A DNA stretch of 64,000 nt from Massalongia carnosa (lineage: Eukaryota): contig OZ287067.1 of assembly GCA_965645245.1 (NCBI GenBank), positions 1,550,001 to 1,614,000 of the forward strand, in the 5' to 3' direction. Every line of letters starts with the position of its first letter. The stretch's first letter is position 1. Of the stretch, positions 62,496-64,000 are shown in pieces. The notes under the pieces are model-generated. The model had not been told where the DNA came from. It saw only the letters and a program-made list of their open reading frames with translations, and did no database searches. A program made the position numbers and the translations under genes.

Positions 62496-63282
62496 TCCCA
62501 GGTCGCTCCTCATGGAGACCATATCTCCATATCGTTCTGCAATAACAAATGCTGTTGACCTGGTCCTTTGCAGGCCACATTGGTATCACAGTACATGACC
62601 AGAATTAAGCCATATTAAAAACCGACCTTTCGCGCGCCCGGTTAGTTGTATTTTACACTATTTACCGTTCACGAGTTTCCTAGCTTCATCCTCCTTCTAC
62701 TTTCTTGTCTTCTAAGGTCAATATGAGGGTCGGGGGGTTGCGGGCCAATCCTCCACGAATTCGTTGTCTCCATACTCGGTTCTGTGGTTCTTGGCGGGAG
62801 GGAAGAAACTCCATGGTTTGGGTAGATATGGTAAGGGGTTTCAGCGGGCGCATCAATTGGGGCTGCGTTTTGTGCACCCCGCAATTCAAGAAGTCGGAAG
62901 TGAGGCACACAGACTGCGTGTGAATTGTTCCTGTTAAGCTGGTAGGGGAAATGGGCATTGGGAAGCTCTGAGCTATATGCCGTAGAAGTTATGAGTTAAA
63001 AATTCAACTTGAATCAAAAGGGGGACTTTTTTGCTACATGGGACTATATGGATTGTAGAGCATGTCTCAACGGACGGCAAGTACGTTACAGAGAGTTGGC
63101 CGATCCAAACATCATAAGTGTACAAAGAATCGAAATCCCGGAAACCTCAAGATAGACGCCTTTCTCCTCCCTTCGCCCAATCCCCACAGTAGAGAAGAAG
63201 GAAAGGGTGTTTTATATCGGTAAAAGGAAAAAGCTCATGATGGTTCGTAAATACCCATACGGTACTTGGCTTGACCAACCTC

Positions 63283-64000
63283 TCATTTCCGCCGCCGCCG
63301 CAGCTCCCAACTTCGCTCGTCATTATTCCCCCCAGGACTCCCATCCCAGCTAGATTCTCCTGCTGCCGGATTCGCGCTATGTGGCGCCTCCTCCTTTGTT
63401 GGTATTTCTTCCTCTTCTCCCTCTCCTTCTCTCCTACCCTTTCCCTTCTTTCCCCCTTTGTTCGCCCGGAATCGCTCCTCAGCCGTCTCGTGGGTTACCG
63501 CCCCAAGGCCCTTGCTTCCCAGCATAAACTCCCCGAGGTACTGTACAGCGCTAAAGGCCTCCTTGCCCGTTGGCACAATGTTTCGGCTCGGCAGCAGGAA
63601 GCCGTAACTGCCTGTATCGCGCAGCTTGATCTGGTAGGCGTAGTGCACGTGCAGTTCGTGGTAGAACCAGTCCAGGGCGCTACCTCCGCCGGTTTCCATT
63701 CGCGGCCAGTTTGCCCGCGTGTCGCTTTTCTTGTTCTTCTTTGTCTTTGCCTTCTTGTCGCTTAAGGATCCGCTGACCTCCTTGTCGTCCTCGTCACTTG
63801 CCGCTGCTACGACACTTCCCTCGCAGGCCGAGGTGACGCCGTAGGTGTGGCCGTTGGTGAGGCGAATGGCTTTCGCGAGCCCGACGGCGAGTTCCTCGAG
63901 GTTCTCTAGCGAGGGCGGGGCCGAGGCGCAGGAGTAGGAGTAGGGGTACAACACCTGCTGCGAGTAAGAGTGGAAGTCGAGGAATGCTACGACTTTCATG
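63283..64000 (-). CDS. ECM14: M14 metallocarboxypeptidase-like Ecm14, 3' part (runs off the window)
   Basis: [28 protein letters not shown] and [16 protein letters not shown]. Lys stands in place of the catalytic Glu, as is typical of Ecm14. Confidence 0.9.
   Translation of the reverse strand, partial: MKVVAFLDFHSYSQQVLYPYSYSCASAPPSLENLEELAVGLAKAIRLTNGHTYGVTSACEGSVVAAASDEDDKEVSGSLSDKKAKTKKNKKSDTRANWPRMETGGGSALDWFYHELHVHYAYQIKLRDTGSYGFLLPSRNIVPTGKEAFSAVQYLGEFMLGSKGLGAVTHETAEERFRANKGGKKGKGRREGEGEEEEIPTKEEAPHSANPAAGESSWDGSPGGNNDERSWELRRRRK

Noticed and set aside
63560..63680. Missing catalytic Glu in the carboxypeptidase as a novelty
   Set aside because: The E-to-K substitution is the known hallmark of Ecm14 pseudopeptidases.

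Overview
This is eukaryotic DNA from a filamentous ascomycete (Pezizomycotina), with GT-AG introns and CTRAC/CTAAY branch sites; a lichen-forming lineage is only a guess. The core genes are an RRM-like protein, SNF5, CEG1, PDS5, a double-PHD Rco1-like protein, a Cdb4/PA2G4 homolog, an EEP-family enzyme, a peroxisomal D-amino acid oxidase, CDC42, MRN1/nrd1, ECL1, VPS72, JSN1/PUF and a partial ECM14. There are three DNA transposons: a DD34E Tc1 element (10564-14962) with a pogo/Fot1 element nested inside it (12767-14676), and a DD38E Tc1-like element (36881-38226) with CAC..GTG ends and a 5-bp target duplication instead of TA. At least three decayed host genes are present (Vps62-domain protein, agmatinase, siderophore MFS transporter). 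The strongest unexplained signal is about 25 intergenic copies of TA-(CGGAG/CAGAG/CCGAG)-TA, some in tandem chains. The CGGAG core equals the first 5 nt of the resident Tc1 TIR, so these may be 7-bp excision footprints accumulating in promoters. All calls come from reading and translating by eye; no database searches were run.
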